Shown here piece after piece: positions 32,551 to 42,684 of a DNA stretch of 64,000 nt. Origin of the DNA: an uncultured Candidatus Rokubacteria bacterium (GTDB lineage Bacteria; Methylomirabilota; Methylomirabilia; Rokubacteriales; CSP1-6); the NCBI GenBank assembly GCA_963762145.1, contig CAVXJS010000015.1:64001-128000 (forward strand), given 5' to 3'. The notes under the pieces were generated by a model, which saw only the letters and a program-made list of their open reading frames with translations, was not told the origin of the DNA and ran no database searches. The translations under genes were made by a program, and so were the position numbers. Numbering within the stretch: the stretch's first letter is position 1; each line of letters starts with the position of its first letter.

Positions 32551-34061
32551 AGGACGCGTTCTCGTCGGCTAAGAGGCGGTGGCGGCCCGCGCGCACGAGC
32601 TCGGTCGAGCGCGCAAACCCGGCGCCGGCGCGGCGGTCGGCCTCGATGGCGGGGCGCACCGTGTCGTCGAGGAAGCGCTCGAGCGCGCCCGGAGAGGCGG
32701 CGACGCACGTCGCCGTAGCCCTTCACGATGTTGCCCAGCTCGGCGACCTCCGCGGCCAGGGCCGGGTCGAGAGCGGCGGCCGTCCGCACCGCGTCCTCCC
32801 ACCGGCTCATCAGCGCGAACTCCGCTGCCGCCGCAGCGACGACGGGCGCAGCCCGCGGAGGCGGGCGAGCAGCCAGACGCGCAGGAAGCCCAGCACCGAG
32901 GTGGTCTTCACGTGCTGGCCGATCGTCGGGCGGCCGTCGGGCCACCGCCGCTCCGCCCAGCGGGCGATCGGCGCGCCGATCGCGGCGGGCAGGATGCCGT
33001 AGAGCTCGTCCAGGTCCGGCTTCAGATAGTCCGTGACCACGACGACCGAGCCCTCGGGCGCCGAATTCTCGCGGCGAATGCGCTCGAAGCGGCCGCGGCG
33101 CGTCTTGAGGTCGGCCACGCGGATGGCGTCCTCGTAGGTCATCCAGACCGCCAGGCGCCGCGCGAAGACGCGCGTCAGCCGCGCGCCCGGATCGAGCGCG
33201 TGGACCGGCCGGACGCGCTCGAGGAACAGCTCCGCGTAGCGGACGTCCTGGTAGTCGATGAGCCGCGCGAGCGCTTCCCCCAGGGTCGCGTGAAGCGAGT
33301 CCGGGAACTCGGTCTCGGTCCGGGTCAGCCAGCGCCAGGAACGCGGCGCCGCGCGACCCGAGCGCGGCCGCCCGCTCGGCCTTCACGGCCGGCCACGGCC
33401 GCTCGGCGGGCGGCCCCTCCGCCCCCGCCGCACCGGCCGCCACCAGCTCCTGGCCCGCCTTCAGGCCGCGCACGTTCCGTTCCACCGCGACCCCGCCCTC
33501 GCGGATCGCGGCCTCGAAGTCGGCCGCGGTCATCGGCAGCACGCCGGTGGCCGAGAGCGCGCCCAGCAGCAACGCGTTGACCTCGGTCTGGTGCCGGCGC
33601 GCCGCGGCCAGGGCGTCGAAGCCCACGAAGCGACGGCTCAGCTTGCGGGCCGCGGCCTCCAGGCCCTCGCTCGGGTAGATCCCGTCGCCCGGCACCGACT
33701 TCTCCGCGATCGAGAAGAGCCGGTGGGTGCTCGCGACCAGCGTGGTGCGCCCCGGCGAGGCGTAGTCCATCTCGATGGTGCGCCCGGCCTCGAGCAGCTC
33801 GGAGGCGATGATCACGTCCACGTCACCCGGCGTGGGATAGAGCGAGAAGTTCGGCTCGGCGCCGCCCGCCTCGATGCGCTCGGGAAAGACCTCGACGTAG
33901 TAGGTGGTGGCGCCGGTGCGCTGGGCCACGCCCGGGATCGAGGTGGCCTGGGCCGGGTAGCCCGCGTGGGCGGCCGCGCCCACGAGCCACTCGGTGAGCA
34001 CGCCGCCGCCCTGGCCGCCGAGCGCGGCGATCAGGATCGAGACGGGGCGGCGCGCGGCCAT
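32525..34061 (-). CDS. iorB: Indolepyruvate oxidoreductase beta-subunit family; frameshifted
   Basis: ILIAALGGQGGGVL, SIPGVAQRTGATTYYVE, MTYEDAIRVADLK and KGYGD. Confidence 0.85.
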
Positions 34062-36161
34062 CACGCGGGCTGGAGCCAGCCGATGACGCGGCGCCGCAGC
34101 CCGTCGAGGGCGCGGGAGCCGGCGCCCGGGTTGTGCACGACGCGCGTCTCGTAGAACGACGGGCACAGGACGGCGGCGTGCGCCACCTCCCCGCAGAGAC
34201 CGCAGCCCACGCAGCTCTGCGTCCACGTGGGCCACCGGATCGTCGCGCAGCGGGTCGGGATTGTCCTTCAAGGTGAGCGACGGGCAGCCGTTGAAGCGCA
34301 TGCACGACTTGTCGCCGGTGCACACGTCGGGGTCCACGCCGAAGCGCGGGACCTCGACCCGCCCGCCCGCCTTGAGGCGCGCGGCCGTCTCCGGCTTCAC
34401 GCGCCGCTGGCGCTCGAGCTGGCACTCCGCGCGCGCGATGATCACCTTGAGCCCGCCCGCCGCGGTGGTCATCGCCTCCTTGACCACCTTCAGGGTCTCG
34501 CCGACGCGGTACGGGTTCACGGTCTTGATCCAGGACACGCCGAGGCTCCGGATCGTGTCGGCGATGGACATCTTCACCGCGTCGCCGCGCGGGTTCTTGC
34601 CCGAGGAGGGATTGGCCTGCTGGCCGGTGGCGGAGGTGTAGAAGTTCTCCAGCACCACCACGATCGAGTCCTGCTTGTTGAAGACCGCGTTGGCCACCCC
34701 CGCGGTGAGGCCCGAGTGCCAGAAGCCGCCGTCGCCCAGGATCGAGATCACGCGCTTGTCGAAGCTGGGCGCCACCGCGCTCGCGGACGCCACGCTCATG
34801 CCGTAGCCCAGGATGGTATTGCCCTGGTTGAACGGCGGCAGCGTCGCGAAGGCGTGGCAGCCGATGTCGGCGGCCACGTGGGTCTCACCGAGCTCGCGCT
34901 GAGCGATCTTGAGCGCGCTGAAGACCGGGCGCTCCGGGCAGCCGGTGCAGAACGCGGGCGGGCGCTTGGGCAGCGGCGCGCGGAGCAGCGCCCGGCCCTG
35001 CCCCACGTGTTCGGTGAGCGCCTGCCGCCGCCGCTCCGCGTCGCCGCCCAGGAAGCGCGCGAGCGCGGCGAGCACCACCTCGGGCACGTACTCGCCCTGG
35101 GCCGCCACCAGGTCCTTGCCGTGGATGCGCGTGGTGAGCCCGTGCTCGTAGGCCATCGCCTTCAGCTCCTGCTCGATGAAGCTCGGCATGCCCTCTTCCA
35201 GCACCAGCACGCGCTCCTTGCCCTCGAGGAACGACACGAGCTGCTCGGGCACGAGCGGGTGGATCACGTTGAGCACCAGCATCGGGATGCGGGAGGCGCC
35301 GAAGGGATCGGCCATGCCCAGGAGCTCGAGCCCCCGCAGCGCGGTCGGGGTGAGCCCGCCCTGGAGGATGATGCCGAGCTCCTTCTCCTCGCCGGGGATC
35401 ACCTCGTTGAGACCACGCTCCACGATGAAGCGCCGCGCCGCGGGCAGCCGGCGCTCGAACTTCTGCGCCTCCTGCGTGTAGGTCGACGGCGGGTGGCTCA
35501 GGCGGCCGTAGTCGAAGGAGTGGCGCTCGAGCCGCGCGTTCATGGAGACGGCCGGGCGCACGTTGTCGCGGCAGACCAGGCTCCCGCGCATGTGGGCGGC
35601 CCGGATGCGCAGGCTGATCACGGTGGGGAGGTTGGAGGCCTCGGACAGGGCGAAGCCCTCTTCCACCATGCGCGCGAGGTTCTGGAGCGTCGGGCGCGGG
35701 TCGATGAGCGGCAGCGACGACTTGAGCGCGAAGGAGTGGGTGCGCTCCTGGATGACGCTCGCGCCCGCCCCGTAGTCCTCGCCGACCACGATCAGCGCGC
35801 CGCCGATGACCCCGGCCGACGCCAGGTTCGACAGCGCGTCCGCGGCGACGTTGGTGCCCACGATGGACTTCCACGTCACCGCGCCCCGCATCGGGTAGTT
35901 GATCGAGGCGCCGAGGAGCGCGGCGGCCGCCGCCTCGTTGGCGGAGGCGTCCAGGTAGACGCCCATGGGCCGGAGCAGGGATTCGTTGGCGTCGGCCAGG
36001 ACGTCCAGGAGATGCGAGACGGGGGCGCCCGGATAGCCGCCCACGTAGGAGACCCCGGACTGGAGCAACGCCTTGGTGATGGCGAGGATCCCCTCGCCCC
36101 GGAGCACCTGCCCGTCGCCCAGCGCGAGCTGCTTGACCTCCTCCGCGAAGGACCGTTCCAT
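34061..36161 (-). CDS. iorA: Indolepyruvate ferredoxin oxidoreductase alpha subunit; frameshift near 34215
   Basis: MERSFAEEV, GYPGAPVS, FCTGCPERP, DIGCH, GDGGFWHSG and ferredoxin CTGDKSC...CPS. Confidence 0.9.
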
Positions 36162-36211
36162 GGCGTGGAAACTCTAGCACGCCTCGGGCGGGCCGGCTCG
36201 CCCGAGAAGCG

Positions 36212-36883
36212 CTAGGAGCCCCTGCGCCCGACCCGCGGCACCACGTACGCGTCGATCTCTTTGTTCTGCAGTTTCGCCAGGAGGCCGGCGAACGACGACG
36301 TCCGGATGATCGAGTTGAACTGGCTGCGGTAGTTCGACACCAGGCTCACCCCGTCGAGCACCACGTCGTACACCACCCACCGGGTCCCGGTGTCGAGGAG
36401 CCGGTAGTCGATGGAGATCTCGACCCGCCGATCGGTCGTGATGCGGGATCGCACCTGCGCGTAGGAGCCACTGACCGACTCGCTCAGGAAGGTGATCTTC
36501 TCGCCCGCGTAGTTCTCGATGCTGGAGAGATAGGAGCGCTCGAGCAGCGCGGTGAAGAGCCGGACGAACTCCTGCTGCTCCGAAGGCGTCCGCTCCTTCC
36601 AGTGGCCCGCGAGGGTCAGCCGGCCCATCTCCTTGAAGTCGAACAGCCCGTCGGCGAGCTGCCGGATGTCGGAGCGCCGCCGACCCTCGCTCACCGGCGT
36701 CGGCGAGGCCTGGACGATGGCCAGCACGCGGTCGACCGACGTCTTCACCAGGTCGATCGGACGGGCCCGCCCGGGCTCGGGGGCCGGTGCGGCGGCCTTC
36801 TCGCGCTCCTGGGCATGAGCGAGCGGCGCGACGGAGGATAGCGCAAGGAACAGGAGCGCGAGCGCCCACCTGGAGGTATTCAT
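36212..36883 (-). CDS. mlaC: MlaC/Ttg2D-like phospholipid-binding periplasmic protein
   Basis: FDFKEMGRLTL and WVVYDVVLDGVSLVSNYRSQFNSII. Confidence 0.88.
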   Translation of the reverse strand: MNTSRWALALLFLALSSVAPLAHAQEREKAAAPAPEPGRARPIDLVKTSVDRVLAIVQASPTPVSEGRRRSDIRQLADGLFDFKEMGRLTLAGHWKERTPSEQQEFVRLFTALLERSYLSSIENYAGEKITFLSESVSGSYAQVRSRITTDRRVEISIDYRLLDTGTRWVVYDVVLDGVSLVSNYRSQFNSIIRTSSFAGLLAKLQNKEIDAYVVPRVGRRGS

Positions 36884-37012
36884 GCCCTCAACCCTAGTGA
36901 GAGCCGGGCGGCTCGCATATTGGACCTTGGTCCAACCCCGGATGGCCACCGGTGGACGGGGCCCCCGTCTTGGCGGATACTCGGGGACCGACCGACCTGA
37001 AAGGAGGGGCCC

Positions 37013-37828
37013 ATGGCGCACTTCACCACCAGCGACAGCGTTCGCATCTACTACGAGTCGCACGGCACCGGCGACCCACTCCTCCTGGCCTACGGCATCG
37101 GCGGCAACGCGGGGATGTGGCAGCCGAACATCTCGGCCCTCTCCGCGCGGCACCGGCTGATCCTCTGGGAGCCGCGGGGCCACGCCCGCTCGGAGAGCCC
37201 GGCCGATCCCACCAAGATCACCTTCGGCCACTGGGTGCTCGACCTGCGCGACCTGATGGCCCACCTGGGCCTCGTCCACGCGGTGGTGGGGGGACTCTCG
37301 CTGGGCGGAGGCATCGCCACCCGCTTCACGCTCGCGCACCCCGAGCGGGTGCGGGCCCTCATCGTGGTGGACTCTTCCTCCGCGGTGGGCCTGCCGCTCT
37401 CGGTCGAGAACCTGGTGATGCGCGCGAAGTCGATCGAGGTGACGCTCAAGGGCGGCATGGACGCCATGGCCGAGTTCGCGATCGCGTCGAACCCCAACGT
37501 GGCGGGCCGGCTCCGGCTGGACCCCGGCGCGCGCCAGGAGATCTTCGACTACTACCGGAGGCTGACCCCGATCGGCTACGCGAACGCCCTGCGCGCGCTG
37601 CTGCAGATGGATTACATCACCGAGCGGCTGCCCGAGATCACCGTCCCCACGCTCCTGATCTGCGGCGACGAGGATCCCTCGCTCGAGCCGATGCGGGTGA
37701 TGGAGCGGAAGGTCAAGTCGTCACGCTTCGTGCTGCTCTCCCCCGCGGGTCACTTCGGCAACCGCGACCAGCCGGAGGACTTCAACCACGCGGTGCTGGA
37801 GTTCCTCGACGCGCTCGGACCCGCGTGA
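37013..37828 (+). CDS. Alpha/beta hydrolase
   Basis: PRGHARS, GLSLGG, GDED and GH. Confidence 0.85.
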   Translation: MAHFTTSDSVRIYYESHGTGDPLLLAYGIGGNAGMWQPNISALSARHRLILWEPRGHARSESPADPTKITFGHWVLDLRDLMAHLGLVHAVVGGLSLGGGIATRFTLAHPERVRALIVVDSSSAVGLPLSVENLVMRAKSIEVTLKGGMDAMAEFAIASNPNVAGRLRLDPGARQEIFDYYRRLTPIGYANALRALLQMDYITERLPEITVPTLLICGDEDPSLEPMRVMERKVKSSRFVLLSPAGHFGNRDQPEDFNHAVLEFLDALGPA

Positions 37829-38240
37829 CCGCGACGTCCGCGCCGCGGACCCCTTCCTTGCAGTCCGGGCAGTAGTAGCCGACCGACACCGGGTGCCCGC
37901 ACCCGGAGTGGACGAGCTGGGTCTCGCGGTGCACGTGCCGGCCGCCCCACGCGGCGAGCGCCCCCACCACCATCCCGAGCTCCCGGCCCCGGTCGGTGAG
38001 GTCGTACTGCGCGCGCGGCGGGTGATCCGAGTAGAGCGTGCGCCGGATCAGCCCGTGCGCCTCCATCAGCTTGAGGCGCGCGGACAGCATGTTGGGGGCG
38101 ATGCCGGGCAGGCTGCCGAGAAGATCCTGGAAGCGCTGGGTGCCTCGCAGCAGGTCGCGCACCACCAGGAGCGTCCAGCGATCGCCGATGACCTCGAGCG
38201 ACTTCGCCACCGGACAGGACTGGTTGTATCGCTTCGCCAT
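37782..38240 (-). CDS. HxlR-family transcriptional regulator
   Basis: CPVAKSLEVIGDRWTLLVVRDL, LSARLK and YDLTDRG; C-terminal Cys motif. Confidence 0.9.
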   Translation of the reverse strand: MAKRYNQSCPVAKSLEVIGDRWTLLVVRDLLRGTQRFQDLLGSLPGIAPNMLSARLKLMEAHGLIRRTLYSDHPPRAQYDLTDRGRELGMVVGALAAWGGRHVHRETQLVHSGCGHPVSVGYYCPDCKEGVRGADVAVTRVRARRGTPAPRG

Positions 38241-38260
38241 GGCCCGAGTATACCGGGGGC

Positions 38261-38295
38261 TTGACACGAAAACAAGCTACTAGTATTTTACTAGT
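38261..38295 (+). promoter_or_regulatory. Sigma70 promoter overlapped by a palindromic operator
   Basis: TTGACA 38261-66, 17-bp spacer, TATTTT 38284-89; ACTAGTA-N3-TACTAGT at 38279-95. Confidence 0.7.
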
Positions 38296-38299
38296 CACT

Positions 38300-38737
38300 A
38301 TGGCAAAGGCACTCGACTTCATCCGGATGGTGCAGCGCGGGGAGGCGGCCCCACCCCCGGTGGCGGACCTGATCGGCTTCACCCTCCGCGAGGTGGATCC
38401 CGGCCGCGCGGTCGTCGCGTTCGACGCGGGGCCGCGGCACGCCAACCCGATGGGCACGCTCCACGGCGGCGTGCTGTGCGACATCGCCGACGCGGCCATG
38501 GGCATGGCCTACGCGGCGAGCCTCGACGAGGGGGAGACCTTCACCACGCTGGAGCTCAAGATCAACTTCCTCAAGCCGGTGCGCACCGGCCGGCTGATCG
38601 CCACCGGCCGCCTGGTCAAGGGCGGGCGCACGGTGGGGCTGCTCGAGTGCGACGTGGTGGACGACAAGGATCGTCTGGTCGCGCGCGCGTCCAGCACCTG
38701 CATGACGCTCCGGGGCGAGCAGGCCGAGGGCCGCTGA
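38300..38737 (+). CDS. PaaI family thioesterase
   Basis: NPMGTLHGGVLCDIAD and TLELKINFLKP. Confidence 0.9.
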   Translation: MAKALDFIRMVQRGEAAPPPVADLIGFTLREVDPGRAVVAFDAGPRHANPMGTLHGGVLCDIADAAMGMAYAASLDEGETFTTLELKINFLKPVRTGRLIATGRLVKGGRTVGLLECDVVDDKDRLVARASSTCMTLRGEQAEGR

Positions 38738-40143
38738 TGGGCCCCGCCATCGCCGCGGCGGCGCCGGTCGCGGCCGCCGCGCTGTCGCCGCGCACGCGCC
38801 GGCTCCTCGAGGGGCCGGTGGCGCGCACCCTGCTCGCGCTGGCCGCCCCCAACGTGCTCGTGATGGTGCTGCAGGCCGCGGTGAGCACCCTCGACGCGGT
38901 CTTCGTCGGCTGGCTCGGCTCGGCGGCGCTGGCCGGCGTCTCGATCGTGTTCCCGCTGGTGATGCTGATGCAGACGATGTCGGCGGGCGGAATGGGCGGC
39001 GGGGTGGCCGCCGCGGTGGCGCGGGCCCTCGGGGGAGGCCGCCGCGCCGACGCCGACGCGCTCGTGATCCACGCGGTCGTGATCGCCCTGGTCATGGGCG
39101 GGGCGTTCACGCTCGCCCTCGAGCTGGCCGGCCCCGCGCTCTTCCACGCGATGGGCGGAACGGACGAGGTCCTCGCCGCCGCGGTCACCTACGCGCGCGT
39201 GATCTTCGGCGGCGCCGTCGCCTACTGGCTCTTCAACACGCTGAGCAGCGCGATCCGCGGCAGCGGCAACATGGCGGTGCCCGCGGCGACCATGGTGGCG
39301 ACCGGGATCGTCTACCTGGTGCTCTCCCCCGCCCTGATCCTCGGCTGGGGCCCGCTGCCCCGCCTGGGCATCGCGGGCGCGGCCGCCGCCAGCGTGTTCT
39401 CCTTCGCGCTGGGCAGTGTCGTGCTGCTCGCGTTCCTCTACTCGAGCCGGAGCCTGGTGCGGCCCGCGCTGCGGGGCCAGGGGCTCCGGCGCGGCCTCTT
39501 CTGGGAGATCCTGCGCGTCGGCGCCCCCGGCTCGCTCAACACCGTCGTGACGAATCTCACCGTCGTGGTCCTGACCGCGCTGGTCGGGCCCTTCGGCGCG
39601 ACGGCGCTGGCCGGATACGGCCTGGGCGCGCGGCTCGAGTACCTCCAGATCCCGATCGTCTTCGGCCTCGGGTCGGGGCTCGTCACCATGGTCGGCACCA
39701 GCATCGGCGCGGGCGATCGCGCGCGTGCGGTGCGCGTCGCCTGGGTCGGCTCCGCGATGGCCGCGGGCATCACCGGCGTGATCGGCATCCTGGCCGCGCT
39801 GTTCCCGCTCGCCTGGCTCGGGCTCTTCACCACCGACCCGGGCGTGCTGGCCGCCGGCACGCGCTACCTCACGATCGTGGGCCCGTTCTACGGCTTCTTC
39901 GGCGCGGGGCTCGCGCTCTACTTCGCCTCGCAGGGCGCGGGCCGCCTGCTCTGGCCGCTCCTCGCCGGCTTCACGCGCCTGACCATCGCGGCGGTGGGCG
40001 GCTGGCTCGCCACGCGGTGGCTCGGGGGCGGCCTCACCGGGATCTTCGTGGCCATGGCGGCGGCCCTCGTGGTGTTCGGCACCATCAACGTCATGGCGGT
40101 CCGGCTCGGCGCCTGGCGCGCGCGCGGCCGGCAGTCGGCGTGA
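38737..40143 (+). CDS. MATE family efflux transporter
   Basis: LLEGPVARTLLALAAP, MSAGGMGGG, LGIAGAA and YGLGARLE. Confidence 0.88.
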   Translation: MGPAIAAAAPVAAAALSPRTRRLLEGPVARTLLALAAPNVLVMVLQAAVSTLDAVFVGWLGSAALAGVSIVFPLVMLMQTMSAGGMGGGVAAAVARALGGGRRADADALVIHAVVIALVMGGAFTLALELAGPALFHAMGGTDEVLAAAVTYARVIFGGAVAYWLFNTLSSAIRGSGNMAVPAATMVATGIVYLVLSPALILGWGPLPRLGIAGAAAASVFSFALGSVVLLAFLYSSRSLVRPALRGQGLRRGLFWEILRVGAPGSLNTVVTNLTVVVLTALVGPFGATALAGYGLGARLEYLQIPIVFGLGSGLVTMVGTSIGAGDRARAVRVAWVGSAMAAGITGVIGILAALFPLAWLGLFTTDPGVLAAGTRYLTIVGPFYGFFGAGLALYFASQGAGRLLWPLLAGFTRLTIAAVGGWLATRWLGGGLTGIFVAMAAALVVFGTINVMAVRLGAWRARGRQSA

Positions 40144-40212
40144 ACGCCCGGCCGGGACTCCTTCGCCACCCGCGCTGACCGCCGCGCCCCATTTGCCCGC
40201 GCCGTCACGGAT

Positions 40213-41685
40213 ATGAAACAATCGCGGGCGATGACCCGCCGCGCCCGCGCCGTGCTCACCGTCGCCTGCGGGGCGCACTTCATCCACGACGGCTTCTCCG
40301 ACATCCTGTACGTGCTGCTGCCCGTGTGGGCGTCCGAGTTCGGCCTGAGCTTCGCGCAGGTCGGTCTGCTCAAGACGCTCTACACCGGAGGCATGGCCTC
40401 CTTCCAGGTGCCGGCGAGCATTCTCGCGGAGCGCCGCGGTGAGGCACGGCTGCTGGCGGCGGGCACCGCGGTCACCGCGCTCGGCTTCCTGATCGCCGGC
40501 CTGACCGGCAGCTTCGTCGCGCTGCTCGCCTGCCTCGTGGTCGCGGGCCTCGGCTCCGGCTGCCAGCACCCGCTCTCGTCCTCGCTGGTGGCGCGCGCCT
40601 ACGAGACGGGGCCCCGGCGCACCGCGCTCGGCACCTACAACTTCTCCGGCGACCTCGGCAAGGTCGCGGTGCCCGCCGCGGTGGCGCTCGCCCTGCCCTG
40701 GCTCGGCTGGCGGGGCGCGGTGGAAGCCTACGGCATCGTCGGACTCGCGGCCGCCGCGACGATCCTCGTGCTGCTCGCGCGCCTGGGCGCGGGGGGAAGC
40801 CCCGCGCCGGCGTCGACCGGGGCGGCACCGGCGCGCGGGAGTGGCTCTGGCATCCGTGACGTGCGCGCGTTCACCGCGATCTCCGCGATCCACGTCATCG
40901 ACAACTCCACGCGCACCGGGTTCCTCACCTTCCTGCCCTTCCTGCTGATCGCCAAGGGCGCGACGCTGCCCTCGGTGGGGCTCGCGCTCATGCTGGTCTT
41001 CATCGGGGGCGCGGTGGGGAAGTTCGCGTGCGGAGCCCTCGCGGATCGGGTCGGGGTGATCCGCACCGTGGTGGTCACCGAGCTCGTCACCGGCGCGGGC
41101 ATCCTGTTCCTGCTGACGCTGCCCTTGACTGCCTGCCTCGTCGCGCTCCCGGTGCTCGGCGTGGCGCTCAACGGGACCTCGTCCGTGCTCTACGGGAGTG
41201 TGGCCGAGCTGGTGTCGAGCGAGCGGCGCGCCCGGAGCTACGCGGTCTTCTACACGCTCGGCATCGGGGCTTCCGCGCTGGCGCCCTTCGTCTACGGGCT
41301 GCTCAGCGACTGGGGCGGCGTCCGGCTCACGCTCGCTGTCGTGGGCTGCGTCGTCTTCCTCACGCTGCCGTTCACGCTGCCTCTCCGCTCGGCCCCCGCC
41401 GCCGTCGCGGCTTCTCACTCCGTACGCGTCTGGGCCCGGCGCGCAGGCAGGGCGGCGGGGGGCGGCCGGTGGGCCTCTGACCACGACACGCTTTCTCGTC
41501 TTACGCCCTGGAGAGTTCCCAATCCGGGATCGTGCGGTTCCGGGCTTCCCTCGGCGGGGAACGGGTCACCCGGCCCACCGGCCGCCCCCCGCCGCCCTGC
41601 CGCGCGCCTACCGTGGGATGCTGGGGACGGACACGCGCTCCGTCACCGGGGTTCGGTCGTTTCCCTTGAGCCAGGTGAAGGTTAG
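40213..41685 (+). CDS. MFS transporter; ORF tail reads through the structured element
   Basis: AHFIHDG, HPLSSSLV, YNFSGDLGK and GALADRVG. TM region ends near 41400. Confidence 0.82.
   Translation: MKQSRAMTRRARAVLTVACGAHFIHDGFSDILYVLLPVWASEFGLSFAQVGLLKTLYTGGMASFQVPASILAERRGEARLLAAGTAVTALGFLIAGLTGSFVALLACLVVAGLGSGCQHPLSSSLVARAYETGPRRTALGTYNFSGDLGKVAVPAAVALALPWLGWRGAVEAYGIVGLAAAATILVLLARLGAGGSPAPASTGAAPARGSGSGIRDVRAFTAISAIHVIDNSTRTGFLTFLPFLLIAKGATLPSVGLALMLVFIGGAVGKFACGALADRVGVIRTVVVTELVTGAGILFLLTLPLTACLVALPVLGVALNGTSSVLYGSVAELVSSERRARSYAVFYTLGIGASALAPFVYGLLSDWGGVRLTLAVVGCVVFLTLPFTLPLRSAPAAVAASHSVRVWARRAGRAAGGGRWASDHDTLSRLTPWRVPNPGSCGSGLPSAGNGSPGPPAAPRRPAARLPWDAGDGHALRHRGSVVSLEPGEG
41438..41608 (+). 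repeat. Structured inverted-repeat element, copy A (MITE/REPIN-like or ncRNA)
   Basis: Perfect 30-bp arms (41446-41475 / 41572-41601) extended by 7 bp after a bulge. The core matches the reverse complement of 57118-57229. Confidence 0.85.
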
Positions 41686-42240
41686 GCGGCCGTCGGGGTC
41701 GAAGTGGATTTCGGTGAGGGTGGCGGCGAGTGATGCGCCGGGGGTCCAGTCGCGGGTGATGCGGGCGACTTCGCGGCCCGAGAAGATCTGGCGGACTGCG
41801 ATCGACCTGGCGTCTTCCTGGGCGACGAGGAGGCGGCGGAGGTCGACGTCGAGGACCTGGGGCCTCGGGGGGGAGAGGCGGCGGCGCTTGGCTTCGAAGA
41901 AGTAGCTGGTGTGGCAGGTGGGGCCGCAGGTGAAGCGGATCTCGGCGAAGGTGGCGGCACGCCAGATGACGTCGGGTCTGGGGAGGGTCGGCCAGCCCGT
42001 GGGCGGGTCGAGCCAGACCGGCTTCTCGGGATCGCCGTAGTAGTAGCCGACGCGGCAGTCGCGGTCGGTCCGGCAGTCGGCGATCAGGCCGGTGCTGGGG
42101 AACGCGGAGCGGTAGAGGCAGCGGAAGGGCTGCTCACCGCCCGGCCCCGCGCAGTCGCCCGCGACGGGCTGGGGCGAGGAAGCGGCCGCCATCGAGAGCA
42201 GGCCGGCCAGCAGGAGCGGGGGAAGCGTGAACAGCGCTAC
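41608..42240 (-). CDS. Hypothetical secreted Cys-containing protein
   Basis: Signal-like LLLAGLLSMAAA and an open frame to TAG 41608. Start uncertain. Confidence 0.55.
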   Translation of the reverse strand, partial: VALFTLPPLLLAGLLSMAAASSPQPVAGDCAGPGGEQPFRCLYRSAFPSTGLIADCRTDRDCRVGYYYGDPEKPVWLDPPTGWPTLPRPDVIWRAATFAEIRFTCGPTCHTSYFFEAKRRRLSPPRPQVLDVDLRRLLVAQEDARSIAVRQIFSGREVARITRDWTPGASLAATLTEIHFDPDGRLTFTWLKGNDRTPVTERVSVPSIPR

Positions 42241-42683
42241 GCCGGCTTGGACGTGAGCAGCTCGGTCATCCGGGTGAAGAACTGATCGAGCATCATCTTG
42301 GTGACGCCGCCGAGCATCCGCTGCCCGACGCTCGCGATGAGCCCGCCCACCTGCACGTCGGCGTCGTAGCTCACCTTGGTGCCGCCGGCCACGTCGGACA
42401 TCTGCATGCCCGCGTCGCCGCGGACGAAGCCCGGGCCCCCGCTGCCCTCGACCGCCATGCGGTAACGGTTGGGCGGCTCGAGGTCGCTCAGCTTCACCTT
42501 GCCCTCGAACGTGCCCTTGATGGCCGCGACCCCGACCTTCATGGTGGCCTTGTACTCGTTGGGTCCGATCGCCTCCAGCTTCTCGCAGCCGGGCAGCGCC
42601 TGCGCCAGGATGTCGGGATCGAGGAAGGCAGCCCACACCTTCTCACGCGGGGCCGGGATGTCGGCGGAGCCTTCGATCTTCAT
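42237..42683 (-). CDS. coxG: CoxG/SRPBCC family protein
   Basis: VWAAFLDPDILAQALPGCE and VGGLIASVGQRML. Confidence 0.85.
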   Translation of the reverse strand: MKIEGSADIPAPREKVWAAFLDPDILAQALPGCEKLEAIGPNEYKATMKVGVAAIKGTFEGKVKLSDLEPPNRYRMAVEGSGGPGFVRGDAGMQMSDVAGGTKVSYDADVQVGGLIASVGQRMLGGVTKMMLDQFFTRMTELLTSKPA

Positions 42684-42684
42684 G

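Noticed and set aside
31698-36161. Apparent 1487-aa IorA-IorB-enoyl-CoA hydratase fusion
   Set aside because: The ORF passes through out-of-frame nonsense segments, and separate starts and stops exist (TGA/ATG overlap at 34061). A frameshift artefact.
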